This document shows, in pieces, positions 16,125 through 24,972 of a stretch of DNA of 40,503 bases. Below the pieces are notes generated by a model. It did no database searches. It saw nothing but the letters and a program-made list of their open reading frames with translations, and was not told the origin of the DNA. The translations under genes were made by a program, and so were the position numbers. Each line of letters begins with the position of its first letter. The first letter of the stretch is position 1. The stretch comes from Candidatus Bipolaricaulota bacterium (GTDB lineage: Bacteria > Bipolaricaulota > Bipolaricaulia > RBG-16-55-9 > DRXL01): assembly GCA_026414955.1 (NCBI GenBank), contig JAOAIA010000002.1, positions 1 through 40,503 of the forward strand, given 5' to 3'.

Positions 16125-17220
16125 CGAGCTCCGGTTTGGCTTGGTACGAACACGAGTCTATCCTCTCACCATAGGCGTCCTGGAGCCGTGCCAGATCGGC
16201 GCGGTCGTCCCAGACCTCCGCGCCCTCGGTCTCTAGACCGGCGTACCGATGATAGAGATCAATCTCAGCTTGTCCGCACGGGGTGCTCGTCTTGCCCACA
16301 GACGCGGGGCCGGAGTGCACACGCACTCTGCCGCCCGCGGGCACCACGCACCCTTGGGGGAAGACGAAGACTTGGGCGATCCGGTCGCGCTCGACGGTGC
16401 TGCTCAGGATCTGCCAGCCGGATACGTCAACTTCCCTACGTCCCTGGTTGACCAGGGTGACGACTTCATCGTTCCCGCGATAGCGGATCGAGTCGATCAC
16501 CACGCGCGGGGGCACGGAGATGTCGAAATGGAACGAGAGAGTGACCTCCGGGCCGCTGGGACGATCCAAGGGGCCGGGCCACTCACTCTCCTCTTCGTCC
16601 GTAATCCCCCAGCCGCCCCAGGGGAACGCGTAGACATACCCAGCGGTCAAGCTCAATTCAAGGTTGATCGGCCTGCCCCGCGCTCGTTCGCCAAGAGGGA
16701 TAAAGGCAGAGGCTCTAAGATAGGGCTGCGCCACCCAGTAGCCACGGGCGAACTCCCCTGACACTTCAAGGAGTTCGGTGAGGGCTTGATCAAATGTTGT
16801 GATGCCCCGGCGAGATCGCTCGAGATTGAGAAACGCTCCGCCGATCCCCGCGAGAGAGCCAACGGCGACCTGCCCCAGCGGTATGCTCTGCGAGAACTCC
16901 GCAACAAGACCCCCATAGAGAAACCCAAACACTGTCTCGGACTGCTCAGAATCCGACTCAGGAAGCGCGAATGCGAACTGCCCCCCAAACCCAAACCGCA
17001 GAGGGAAATCGGGCACTCCCAACAGGGTATGTATGCCAAACGAGAGAAAATGCTCGCTGACGCCGGGATAGTTATACGTGTGCAATAAAGAATTCAAGTC
17101 CGATAGAGGCAGAGAGAGCCAACCGACGGACACGCCGAACGTTCCGGTCGCTTGCGCATAGGCCCCATAGGGGAGGACAACGATAACCAAGAGAGTGAAG
17201 GCGATCCGAGAGGGCTTCAT
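16102..17220 (-). CDS. Secreted protein: N-terminal beta-rich (barrel-like) domain plus C-terminal lamin-tail-like (LTD) domain
   Basis: Signal peptide ...PYGAYAQA. The C-terminal segment VVIDSIRYRGNDEVVTLVNQGRREVDVSGWQI resembles LTD. It overlaps the dxr start by 23 nt. Confidence 0.65.
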   Translation of the reverse strand: MKPSRIAFTLLVIVVLPYGAYAQATGTFGVSVGWLSLPLSDLNSLLHTYNYPGVSEHFLSFGIHTLLGVPDFPLRFGFGGQFAFALPESDSEQSETVFGFLYGGLVAEFSQSIPLGQVAVGSLAGIGGAFLNLERSRRGITTFDQALTELLEVSGEFARGYWVAQPYLRASAFIPLGERARGRPINLELSLTAGYVYAFPWGGWGITDEEESEWPGPLDRPSGPEVTLSFHFDISVPPRVVIDSIRYRGNDEVVTLVNQGRREVDVSGWQILSSTVERDRIAQVFVFPQGCVVPAGGRVRVHSGPASVGKTSTPCGQAEIDLYHRYAGLETEGAEVWDDRADLARLQDAYGERIDSCSYQAKPELDATECHK

Positions 17221-17240
17221 AGAGAATCACCTCACCCTCA

Positions 17241-17270
17241 AGTATAGGCATGGGAAGGGGATGAAGTCAA
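17241..17270 (-). promoter_or_regulatory. Promoter TTGACT-18-TATACT upstream of the LTD-domain gene
   Basis: On the plus strand, agtcaa at 17265-17270 and agtata at 17241-17246. Confidence 0.45.
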
Positions 17271-17274
17271 GCGT

Positions 17275-19440
17275 TTAGGCTACCTGCGGCGTTGGGGAGG
17301 GAGGCACCAGCGAGTCTTTCAGCAGCGCGTCGAGCTGCTCGCCCTCCAGCACTTCGACTTCTAAGAGTCGCTTGGCGAGCTTGTGCAGGGCTTGGATGTT
17401 GCGCTGCAGCAGCTCCTTGGCGCGCTTGTAGCACGATTCAATGATATTCTTGATCTCTTCGTCCACGAGCGCCGACATCTTCTCGCTGTGCTCACGATTC
17501 AAGACCAAATCCACCCCTAAGAAGACGTTGCCGTTCTCCTGCCCCAAGTTAATGGGGCCGACGCGCTCGCTCATGCCGTAGCTGACTACCATACGCTTCG
17601 CGATCTCGGTCGTCTTCTTGAGGTCATCATACGCCCCGGTAGAAATCTCCCCGAAGATGATCTCTTCCGCCGCGCGGCCTCCTAAGATCCCCGTCATGCG
17701 ATCTAACAGCTCTTCTTTCGTGAAGAGATACTTATCGTTCAGTGGGAGCTGGAGCGTATACCCCAACGCTTCGCCACGCGGGACAATCGAAATCCTGTGC
17801 ACGGGATCGGCCTTGGGGAGAAGCTTGCCCAAGAGAGCGTGCCCCGCCTCGTGATAGGCAATTTTGACTTTCTCTTCTTCGCTGAGGAGTCTCCCCTTGC
17901 GCTCGATCCCCGCGATCACGCGATCTATCGCGTCCTCGAAGTCTTTCATATCTATAACTTCTTTGTTGCGTCTGGCAGCCAAGAGCGCCGCCTCGTTGCA
18001 GAGATTTTCTAAATCTGCTCCGACGAACCCCGGCGTGCGCCGCGCTAAGACCTTCAAGTCGACATCGGGGGCGAGCTTCTTGTTTTTGACGTGCACCTTG
18101 AGAATCGCTTCGCGGCCCTTGGAGTCCGGCGCGGGGACTGTAATCTTGCGATCAAATCGCCCTGGACGCAAGAGGGCCATATCTAAGATATCAGGGCGAT
18201 TCGTTGCCGCTAAGATAATCACGTGCTCGTTCTTGTCGAAGCCGTCCATCTCAGAGAGTAACTGATTCAGAGTTTGCTCGCGCTCGTCGTGGCCGCCGCC
18301 GATCCCCGCGCCGCGCTTGCGGCCGACCGCGTCTATCTCGTCAATGAAGATGATCACGCCGCGCTTGCCCTTGCCCTCCTCTTTAGCTCTTCTAAAGAGA
18401 TCGCGCACGCGGGCTGCGCCCACGCCCACGAACATCTCCACAAAGTCCGACCCCGAGATCGAGAAGAAGGGCACGTCGGCTTCACCGGCGATAGCGCGGG
18501 CTAAGAGCGTCTTGCCCGTCCCCGGCGGACCGACTAAGAGCACCCCCTTGGGGATCTGCGCGCCGATGCGCGTGAATTTTTGGGGGTCTTTCAGATAGTC
18601 TACGATCTCTTGGACTTCTTCTTTGACTTCGTCAATGCCCGCGACATCGTCGAACGTGACGCGCGAGTACTCTTTGGTGACTAACTTCGCTTGGCTGCGG
18701 CCAAAGTTTAGGGCGCTGCTGCCCTCCCCTTGCATCCGGCGCATCATCCCGTACCAGAGCAACAAGATAATGAAGAACGGCAGCAGCGAGATCAGGACCG
18801 AAAAGATCCATGATGAGTCGCTCGAACCCTCGAAGCTCACCATGACTTTGTTGTTCTGCAATGCTTCAAGAAGCGAATCGCTGATGACGACCTCGGTGCG
18901 GAAGCGTTCGGCTGTTCCTAAGACCCTCTGCATCAGGGCACTGATCTCGTCAGCTCTTTCTTTGCGAGCGCGCACGAGCGCATCCAGCGCACGCTCTATA
19001 CTATCGGCCCGCAGAGCCAAGCCAACCATCTGGCGTTGGAGGGCGTGTTCGGTCGCGGGCGCGGGAAACTCGTGGCGGAGCGCCTCCAGCCACGCGAGCC
19101 GGCGCCCCTGTAGCTCCAGGAGCTGGTGCACGCTGCTTCTGCGCTGTTGCTCGCGCTGGATCTGCGCATCGAGCGAGAGAAGCTGCTCGTTCTCGCTGAT
19201 GGGCCGCACCCGCCCTGTCGCCGTGGCTAATCCTGGCCCCTTGATCGTGACAGTTGTCACTTGGCCGGCTTCTACTAATGCGAGAAATTCGGTGTACCGA
19301 ATCTGCTTCTCTGCAGAATCGGAGGTTCCCAAGAACGATTGCAACAAAATCACAGAGAAGATCACCACAACGATCACCAACGCGATAGTGCGGAAATTGC
19401 GGCTTCGTCTCTGCTGCTCGTCATCATTGGGGAAGTTCAA
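17275..19440 (-). CDS. ftsH: ATP-dependent zinc metalloprotease FtsH with an expanded extracytoplasmic domain
   Basis: [13 protein letters not shown], the DEID Walker B motif and HEAGHAL. Proposed TTG start at 19440, 7 nt downstream of GAGGAGG. The tracked start at 19506 has no SD. Confidence 0.93.
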   Translation of the reverse strand: MNFPNDDEQQRRSRNFRTIALVIVVVIFSVILLQSFLGTSDSAEKQIRYTEFLALVEAGQVTTVTIKGPGLATATGRVRPISENEQLLSLDAQIQREQQRRSSVHQLLELQGRRLAWLEALRHEFPAPATEHALQRQMVGLALRADSIERALDALVRARKERADEISALMQRVLGTAERFRTEVVISDSLLEALQNNKVMVSFEGSSDSSWIFSVLISLLPFFIILLLWYGMMRRMQGEGSSALNFGRSQAKLVTKEYSRVTFDDVAGIDEVKEEVQEIVDYLKDPQKFTRIGAQIPKGVLLVGPPGTGKTLLARAIAGEADVPFFSISGSDFVEMFVGVGAARVRDLFRRAKEEGKGKRGVIIFIDEIDAVGRKRGAGIGGGHDEREQTLNQLLSEMDGFDKNEHVIILAATNRPDILDMALLRPGRFDRKITVPAPDSKGREAILKVHVKNKKLAPDVDLKVLARRTPGFVGADLENLCNEAALLAARRNKEVIDMKDFEDAIDRVIAGIERKGRLLSEEEKVKIAYHEAGHALLGKLLPKADPVHRISIVPRGEALGYTLQLPLNDKYLFTKEELLDRMTGILGGRAAEEIIFGEISTGAYDDLKKTTEIAKRMVVSYGMSERVGPINLGQENGNVFLGVDLVLNREHSEKMSALVDEEIKNIIESCYKRAKELLQRNIQALHKLAKRLLEVEVLEGEQLDALLKDSLVPPSPTPQVA

Positions 19441-19477
19441 CCTACATCCTCCTCGTCGAAATACTCCTGCACACTTT

Positions 19478-19506
19478 ATTCTAGCACGTTGGGGGGGAAT
19501 ATTCAA
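19478..19506 (-). promoter_or_regulatory. Promoter TTGAAT-17-TAGAAT for ftsH
   Basis: On the plus strand, attcaa at 19501-19506 and attcta at 19478-19483. Confidence 0.5.
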
Positions 19507-19542
19507 CGGGGGGAGTCTGTGTATTCCGCGACTCCCGTGATT

Positions 19543-20442
19543 CTAATGCCCCATTGCCTGCCAGACCTTCTCGACGATCTCCAGCCCGGCGCGCCGTTGG
19601 GCTTCTTCAGTAGAAGCCCCAATATGTGGGGTGAGCACCACCCTGGGGTGCCCGAGGAGGGGCGAACGGCCGTTCGCCCCTACAAAATCAGCCGCATAGC
19701 CTCGCAGTCGTCCCGATTGCAGTGCGCTCAAGATGGCGCTCTCGTCCACGATCTCCGCACGGGCTGTGTTGATAAGAAAGCTTCCCGGCTTGAATTTTTC
19801 TAAAAGCTGTGCATTCACGAAGCCGCGCGTCTCTGGAGTGAGCGGGATGTGCAAGCTGACGAAGTCCGACTCCGATATGAGCGTCTCGAGGGGAACCAAG
19901 CGCACCCCCGGCTCGACGCGCTCCGGCGTGATAATATCATGCGCGAGCACCCTCATGCCGAACGCTACTGCCAAGTGCGCGACTACGCGTCCGATGCGCC
20001 CGTAGCCGATCAGCCCCAGGGTCTTGCCTGCCAGCTCCATGCCATACCTTTTGACTGTACCTCCCGACGCGGCCGCGCTCATTGCCCCCGGCAGATCACG
20101 GGCGAGCGCGAGCATCAGCCCGAGAGTCAGCTCAGCAACGGCGTTCGCATTGGCTCCGGGAGCGTTCAAAACGGTGATATTCGCCCTGTGGGCGGCTGCG
20201 ACGTCAATGTTATCTAAGCCCGTGCCGGCCCGGCCGATCACTCTGAGTCTTTTGGCTTGGGCGATGACTTCTTTGGTGACTTTGGTGCGGCTGCGCACGA
20301 TGAGCGCCTCGTAGTCCGAGATCGTTCTCAGCAATTGATCGGGAGTTATGTCGGGCTGGACGACGACCTGGGCGCCGGGCTGGTGCTGCAGCCAGGCAAT
20401 AGCTTCTGGATGGAGCGGATCGCTGATCAAGATCCTGGCCAT
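19543..20442 (-). CDS. D-isomer-specific 2-hydroxyacid dehydrogenase (short 3-phosphoglycerate dehydrogenase-like, no ACT domain)
   Basis: GLIGYGRIGRVVA (NAD fold), INTARAEIVD and TPHIGASTEEAQ. Confidence 0.88.
   Translation of the reverse strand: MARILISDPLHPEAIAWLQHQPGAQVVVQPDITPDQLLRTISDYEALIVRSRTKVTKEVIAQAKRLRVIGRAGTGLDNIDVAAAHRANITVLNAPGANANAVAELTLGLMLALARDLPGAMSAAASGGTVKRYGMELAGKTLGLIGYGRIGRVVAHLAVAFGMRVLAHDIITPERVEPGVRLVPLETLISESDFVSLHIPLTPETRGFVNAQLLEKFKPGSFLINTARAEIVDESAILSALQSGRLRGYAADFVGANGRSPLLGHPRVVLTPHIGASTEEAQRRAGLEIVEKVWQAMGH
19659..19680. repeat. Perfect 22-nt palindrome GGGGCGAACGGCCGTTCGCCCC with a REP-like CGCCCCTAC flank, inside the dehydrogenase CDS
   Basis: Read directly from the sequence. 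Encodes VGANGRSPL on the minus strand. Confidence 0.8.
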
Positions 20443-20461
20443 AGGGCAAGTCTACCACATC

Positions 20462-21196
20462 CTAGGGGGAGAGCACAACTGTCACGGAGAGTTCATCTTG
20501 CGCGGAAGGGGACGTCGCCTGCACTGTGAACTGCCCAGGCGCTAGCTCTGCCTTCGCTAAGGGTTTGACCATCAGCTCGACGACTTTGCTCTCGCCAGGC
20601 GCAAGCGTGAGAGCGCGTTCTCGGAGGCGAAACTGCCACTCCCGGGGCGCTGCCGTCACTGCTATGGAGACACGAACCGACACGTTCCCTCGATTGGCTA
20701 CGGTCAAGGGCACGATCTTCTCTGCGTTAGGATGGACGATGAGATCGGGGGAAGCAAGAGCGAGTCTGAGGCGCTCGCGAGCGCGTACCACGATCTCGCT
20801 CCGGCCTACGGCAAACAAGGAGCCGCTTTGGGCACGCACAGTGAGTGAATACCGTCCTGGCGGAGTTGCCGGCGGAATCTGCACCGTGACAAAGAACTCC
20901 TCCTGAGCGTGAGGACCGAGAGTGACGTTCTGGAGCGCGTCGAGCAGTTCCCAGCCGGTTGGGGCTTCAGCGTACAGCTCGTAAGAACGCTCTTGATCGC
21001 TGAGATTGTGCAACGTGAAGACGACCGTCACAAAATCATCGGGATCGCTCTCTAGGACCCTGTTGACAGGGGAGAGTCTGAGCGGGCCAGTGCTCTCCTC
21101 GTATTGAACTGAAGATCTCTTCCAAGCCCATAGAGCACCGGCTGCGATCAGTATTCCTATAAGAATAATCGCCCTAACGAGAAGGCGTTTGGTCAT
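20462..21196 (-). CDS. N-terminally membrane-anchored protein with two Ig-like (NEW3/CARDB-like) repeats; last gene of the surface operon
   Basis: TM helix AIILIGILIAAGALWAW. The repeat signature ...PGRYSLTVRAQS / ...PGQFTVQATS also occurs in the upstream 976-aa protein. ATGA overlap with that gene. Confidence 0.7.
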   Translation of the reverse strand: MTKRLLVRAIILIGILIAAGALWAWKRSSVQYEESTGPLRLSPVNRVLESDPDDFVTVVFTLHNLSDQERSYELYAEAPTGWELLDALQNVTLGPHAQEEFFVTVQIPPATPPGRYSLTVRAQSGSLFAVGRSEIVVRARERLRLALASPDLIVHPNAEKIVPLTVANRGNVSVRVSIAVTAAPREWQFRLRERALTLAPGESKVVELMVKPLAKAELAPGQFTVQATSPSAQDELSVTVVLSP

Positions 21197-24123
21197 GGTC
21201 GCACGGGAACTATCTTCGTGATAGAATTCTGCAGATCGTCGTTATCGGTGACAGTGAGCTTGACGAGGAAGTCCCCAGCGCGCGTGAAGATATACTCGAC
21301 GATCTTGCCCACAGCATCGGCTGTGCCGTCACCAGTGAAGTCCCACTCGTACTTCACGATCTGTCCATCGCTATCCGTGGACGCTGAAGCGTCAAAGACG
21401 ACGCGCTCGCCGACTCTGGGCTGAGCCGGGGTGAACGTAAAATCAGCTATCGGCGCGAAGAGCACGGGGCGGGGGACTTCGTAAGCACCGAAATCTATAG
21501 TGATGGTCTGCCCCATCTGTACCGAGATGGTGACGCTGAGCGGCGTCGTCGGCTCGTAGCGCTTGGGCAGCGTCGTACGATCTACTGTTACGGTGTAGCT
21601 TCCTGGTGGTACTTGCAGCACGTACTGCCCATCGGCGCCGGAGCGTGTTTCAATGCTTGTCATGCCGACGGCAAAGACCCGCACGTTCGCTAAGCCGAGT
21701 TCGTCGGGATCAGCTTGGCCATTGCGGTTCTTGTCGTCGAAGACCCGCCCGCGAATGATAGCTACAGAGCGCATGGGGATCTCAAGAGTAACGATCTGCC
21801 CGATAGCCACGGTCACAGGGATCGGGGTGGGGACAGTAGCTACCAATCCCAGCGGCGCCCGCGCGATCTCGACCCTGTAGACGCCGGGATCAACTGGCGG
21901 GAACCGGAAGTATCCTTGAGCGTCGGTGCGTGCCAACTGATTATCTAGGCGCAAGAGGGCATCTTTGACGCCGGGCTCGCCTAGGTCGCGTTGGCCGTTA
22001 TTATTGGTGTCTATATAGAGATAGCCCTCGACGCGCCCTTTGATAATCACGGACTCGAAGGGCATAGCAAACTTCGTGCGTATCTCAATATTGAAGTTCA
22101 GCGATGACGGCTCGGTGAACGCAAACCCAAACGAGGCGCTCACCGGCCCAAAGAGCGTTGCGCTGAACGACCCAAAGTAGCTCGAAAAGAACGGGTAGAG
22201 CAGATTGCTATTGATTCCTAGCAACAAGAACACAGAGATGCGCGCGGTCGTGAACGCTATCCGTCCGATAAACGTCACCTGGTGATCGAGCGTCGTATTG
22301 GTATTGGGGTCGACTTGAAAAGTGCTCTTCGCGCTTAAGTTGAGTGACAGTCCTTCAATGCCCAACAAGGGACGGGTGATGAGCACGCTGATGAGCTCAA
22401 ACGTATCGGTGTTATTCGCGGGATTGAGATTATCCCGGAAGAGATTGCTTTGGAACGTCAGAATATAGCTAATGGGGCTGGCGATATCGGCAATCGTCAG
22501 GGATTTGATATCTTCGTCGGTGCTGAGAGGAGGGAACGGCGGATCGTTGCTGCGCCGCGAGATGAATTTGATATCGAAGAAAATACTGGGCCATCCCGCC
22601 AAGAAGCTGCGTATAGTCAAGCGCCCCTGCGACGTGATCGAGGTAACTTCTTGGACAGTGGGATCGCCGAAAAGATCGGTCCTCTTTCCGGAGACGAGCG
22701 CGTTAAACCCCAGGGCTCCCACGGAGCTGTTTCCAAAGAGCGACCAGATCCGGGTATCGGCTATAACCGCGGGCACGCCGATCAAGCTTGGGAAATCCGG
22801 CTCAACGCGCAAATATTCTCCACCAAGCGTTACCCCAAAGAACGAGGGTGCCGCGCGCAGGAAGACCATTCGCCGTAAGCCCGCGCTTACTTCAGCGACC
22901 GCTCCTTCGACGGAGAGCACACCGCTGCGGAAGTTGGCCGCTGTAAGTATGTATGGAGTAGTACTGGAGACGCTCAGCCGCGCCAGCGATGCGCGTATGC
23001 TTGGCCCATGGAAGTTCAGGACCATCGCGCGCTGTTCTTGGATGAAGTCTCCATCTTGATCTTCAAACGTCGCCATGAGCGAGAAGAGATCTGTAAACCC
23101 CACCTCGACGCCGCGGCGCGGCAGCAGATTGTAGACCAAGGGCGATTGCGGGAGATCGCCCAGCTGGGTAAAGAACGTCTCGCGTTGGGATGTGAAGAGA
23201 AACTCCTTTACGCTGATAGGCAGCCCTGAGGGGATCTGGGAGCGCACAATGTCCGAGACGGTGATCTTTAAGCTGAAGCGTTGCTCTTCTGGCAGCGTCG
23301 CATAGGTGAGAAACGAGATGAGCGGCGTCAGGGCACTGCCACTCAAAGCGACGTTGGCTCCTACAGAGAGCTCTGCTGGGGCTTGCAGGTGGAGCGCCGT
23401 AGGGACTTTTGCAGCTTCTGGCGGGAGAACGATGAGCGTTGTGGCCCCGTTGGCTTGCACCCCTTCATGGCGCAGCGAGATCGCTGTCAGCGTGACTGGC
23501 TCAAAGCCTGATGGGGCATCTCCAGGGATCTGGACGGTGACGAGGACCGAGCGCGTCTCGCCAGGGAGCAGCTCGACGAGCCCAGGCTCGACTCTTGTCG
23601 AAAATCCTCGTGGCGTGAACGCGTCAAGCCGAAAGGCGTCTATGACGTTGCCCCGATTGGTCACGCTGAACGTCAGAATGATTTCGGTGCCAGGATCGAC
23701 TTCTTGAGGATCTGGGGCACGCACGATGACCCCAGCGGTCTTCTCGACAGTGATCGTCGTCTGGGCTTTGGTCCTGAGTGATGGATCAGATTGGGAGACG
23801 GCTTCGAGCGCGACGGTGTACCTTCCTGCGGGCGTCTCTTGCACGATAAGCAGCGTGACGAAGACCGGCTCTTGGGCACCGGGGGCGATCGTGAGGGGTG
23901 GCAGAGCGCCAAGGATCTGAAAACCTCGCGGAGCCTCGACCGAGAAGAGATACGTATCTGAAGCCGTCCCACGATTGATCGCCATGAACGTTAGAGTAAC
24001 GATATCGCCGGGCAGGGCTGAGCGTGGCGGCGGCGCGATCAGCTCGATGGGCTGCCCTTGACCAAGAACTGTGAGAGCCCCTAAGAGCACAAGCGCGATC
24101 CCCGCACACGCCCGCTTCAGCAT
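21193..24123 (-). CDS. 976-aa secreted multidomain protein: 2 NEW3/CARDB-like repeats, a ~450-aa beta-rich central region, 2 SdrD-B/CarboxypepD_reg-like repeats, and a PKD domain
   Basis: Signal peptide. Repeats with PAGRYTVALEAVS. GYLYIDTNNNGQRDLGEPGV and GRVFDDKNRNGQADPDELGL. The PKD-like segment is FTFTPAQPRVGERVVFDASASTDSDGQIVKYEWDFGDG-type. SD GGAGG lies upstream. Confidence 0.75.
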   Translation of the reverse strand: MLKRACAGIALVLLGALTVLGQGQPIELIAPPPRSALPGDIVTLTFMAINRGTASDTYLFSVEAPRGFQILGALPPLTIAPGAQEPVFVTLLIVQETPAGRYTVALEAVSQSDPSLRTKAQTTITVEKTAGVIVRAPDPQEVDPGTEIILTFSVTNRGNVIDAFRLDAFTPRGFSTRVEPGLVELLPGETRSVLVTVQIPGDAPSGFEPVTLTAISLRHEGVQANGATTLIVLPPEAAKVPTALHLQAPAELSVGANVALSGSALTPLISFLTYATLPEEQRFSLKITVSDIVRSQIPSGLPISVKEFLFTSQRETFFTQLGDLPQSPLVYNLLPRRGVEVGFTDLFSLMATFEDQDGDFIQEQRAMVLNFHGPSIRASLARLSVSSTTPYILTAANFRSGVLSVEGAVAEVSAGLRRMVFLRAAPSFFGVTLGGEYLRVEPDFPSLIGVPAVIADTRIWSLFGNSSVGALGFNALVSGKRTDLFGDPTVQEVTSITSQGRLTIRSFLAGWPSIFFDIKFISRRSNDPPFPPLSTDEDIKSLTIADIASPISYILTFQSNLFRDNLNPANNTDTFELISVLITRPLLGIEGLSLNLSAKSTFQVDPNTNTTLDHQVTFIGRIAFTTARISVFLLLGINSNLLYPFFSSYFGSFSATLFGPVSASFGFAFTEPSSLNFNIEIRTKFAMPFESVIIKGRVEGYLYIDTNNNGQRDLGEPGVKDALLRLDNQLARTDAQGYFRFPPVDPGVYRVEIARAPLGLVATVPTPIPVTVAIGQIVTLEIPMRSVAIIRGRVFDDKNRNGQADPDELGLANVRVFAVGMTSIETRSGADGQYVLQVPPGSYTVTVDRTTLPKRYEPTTPLSVTISVQMGQTITIDFGAYEVPRPVLFAPIADFTFTPAQPRVGERVVFDASASTDSDGQIVKYEWDFTGDGTADAVGKIVEYIFTRAGDFLVKLTVTDNDDLQNSITKIVPVRP

Positions 24124-24143
24124 AGTGCCTCCTTGCTTTTTTT

Positions 24144-24962
24144 TTATTTAAGCTGAAATCGCACCTGCCCAGCAACTAAGACGTCGCCACCAAAATCAAT
24201 GATTACAAGAGCTAAGTACGTCCCCGGCGTCAGCTTCTCTGTGACCGGGATCTCCAAGCGCTGCTTGCCGCCAGGGAGCACGGCCATATCTTCACCCTTC
24301 TTCTGGACGACGATCTCGCCCTTGGTGTTGACGATGCGTAGCTGTGTCTTTGCGGTCTGGAATGTCGTCCCAGTGTTCTCGTACTCGACGACGATGCGCA
24401 AGGGCTTGTCGCGCTCCGGCAGAAGCGCTTGGACGCTGAGAATCCGCCCGCGATTGACAGCGTTCGTCGGGTCGGTGTGCCGAATCTTGACGATAAACTG
24501 CTCAGCCGTCCCAATGGTGACTGGGATGGACGGCTGCTGCCCCGATGGGGGCGGCGGTTGAGCGCCTGACGACGGTGCTGGGCTTGTTATAGCCAGAGCT
24601 GCCCAGTGTGGCCCACGCTCCGTCGCGGGAATCTCGACCTTGAACGTGATGACTTGCTTCTGCTTGGGTGCAAGCGTAAACTGCGCTAGCGTAAACGATA
24701 AGAACTTGGCGAGCGAGCGCGGATGCGTCCCAGGGTTCAGCAAAACCAAGCCACCCTCGATATTTCTATCATAGTCTTTGAGTTCGACGGTAAACTCGCG
24801 TGGCTGATTGCTGTTGTTGATGACTTCAAACCCGCCGGTGAAGCTCCCGCCAGGGGGCAGATTTATATCTATACTGAGCGTAGAGATCCCGATCTGGCCT
24901 TGCGCCAGCAGCCCGCTTGCTAATATGAGCACGAAACTCAAGAGAATCTTTCGCATGAACAC
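24144..24962 (-). CDS. Secreted two-Ig-domain protein, chaperone-like or DUF916/DUF3324-like
   Basis: Signal peptide MRKILLSFVLILASGLLAQG. Two beta-sandwich-like halves joined by a Pro/Gly linker. Tracked GTG start at 24962, alternative ATG at 24956. Confidence 0.7.
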   Translation of the reverse strand: MFMRKILLSFVLILASGLLAQGQIGISTLSIDINLPPGGSFTGGFEVINNSNQPREFTVELKDYDRNIEGGLVLLNPGTHPRSLAKFLSFTLAQFTLAPKQKQVITFKVEIPATERGPHWAALAITSPAPSSGAQPPPPSGQQPSIPVTIGTAEQFIVKIRHTDPTNAVNRGRILSVQALLPERDKPLRIVVEYENTGTTFQTAKTQLRIVNTKGEIVVQKKGEDMAVLPGGKQRLEIPVTEKLTPGTYLALVIIDFGGDVLVAGQVRFQLK

Positions 24963-24972
24963 TCACGCTCCT

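Noticed and set aside
18623-19540. 305-aa plus-strand ORF antisense to ftsH. Similar long antisense ORFs occur at 12512-13168, 32213-32917, 33347-33979, 37948-38526, 38351-38950 and 40143-40502.
   Set aside because: These are shadow ORFs opposite strongly supported genes (ftsH, mrp, the DUF151 gene, pgk, the PIN-ATPase gene, mutL). Their composition is low-complexity and Ser/Arg/Ala-rich, as expected for GC-rich antisense frames. None has an SD or a recognisable motif.
24137-24145. T9 (A9 on the coding strand) homopolymer between the two-Ig gene and the 976-aa gene, as a possible phase-variation tract
   Set aside because: The run lies between the stop codon and the SD of the next gene, so length changes would not shift a reading frame. 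The effect on SD spacing is nil because the run is upstream of the SD.
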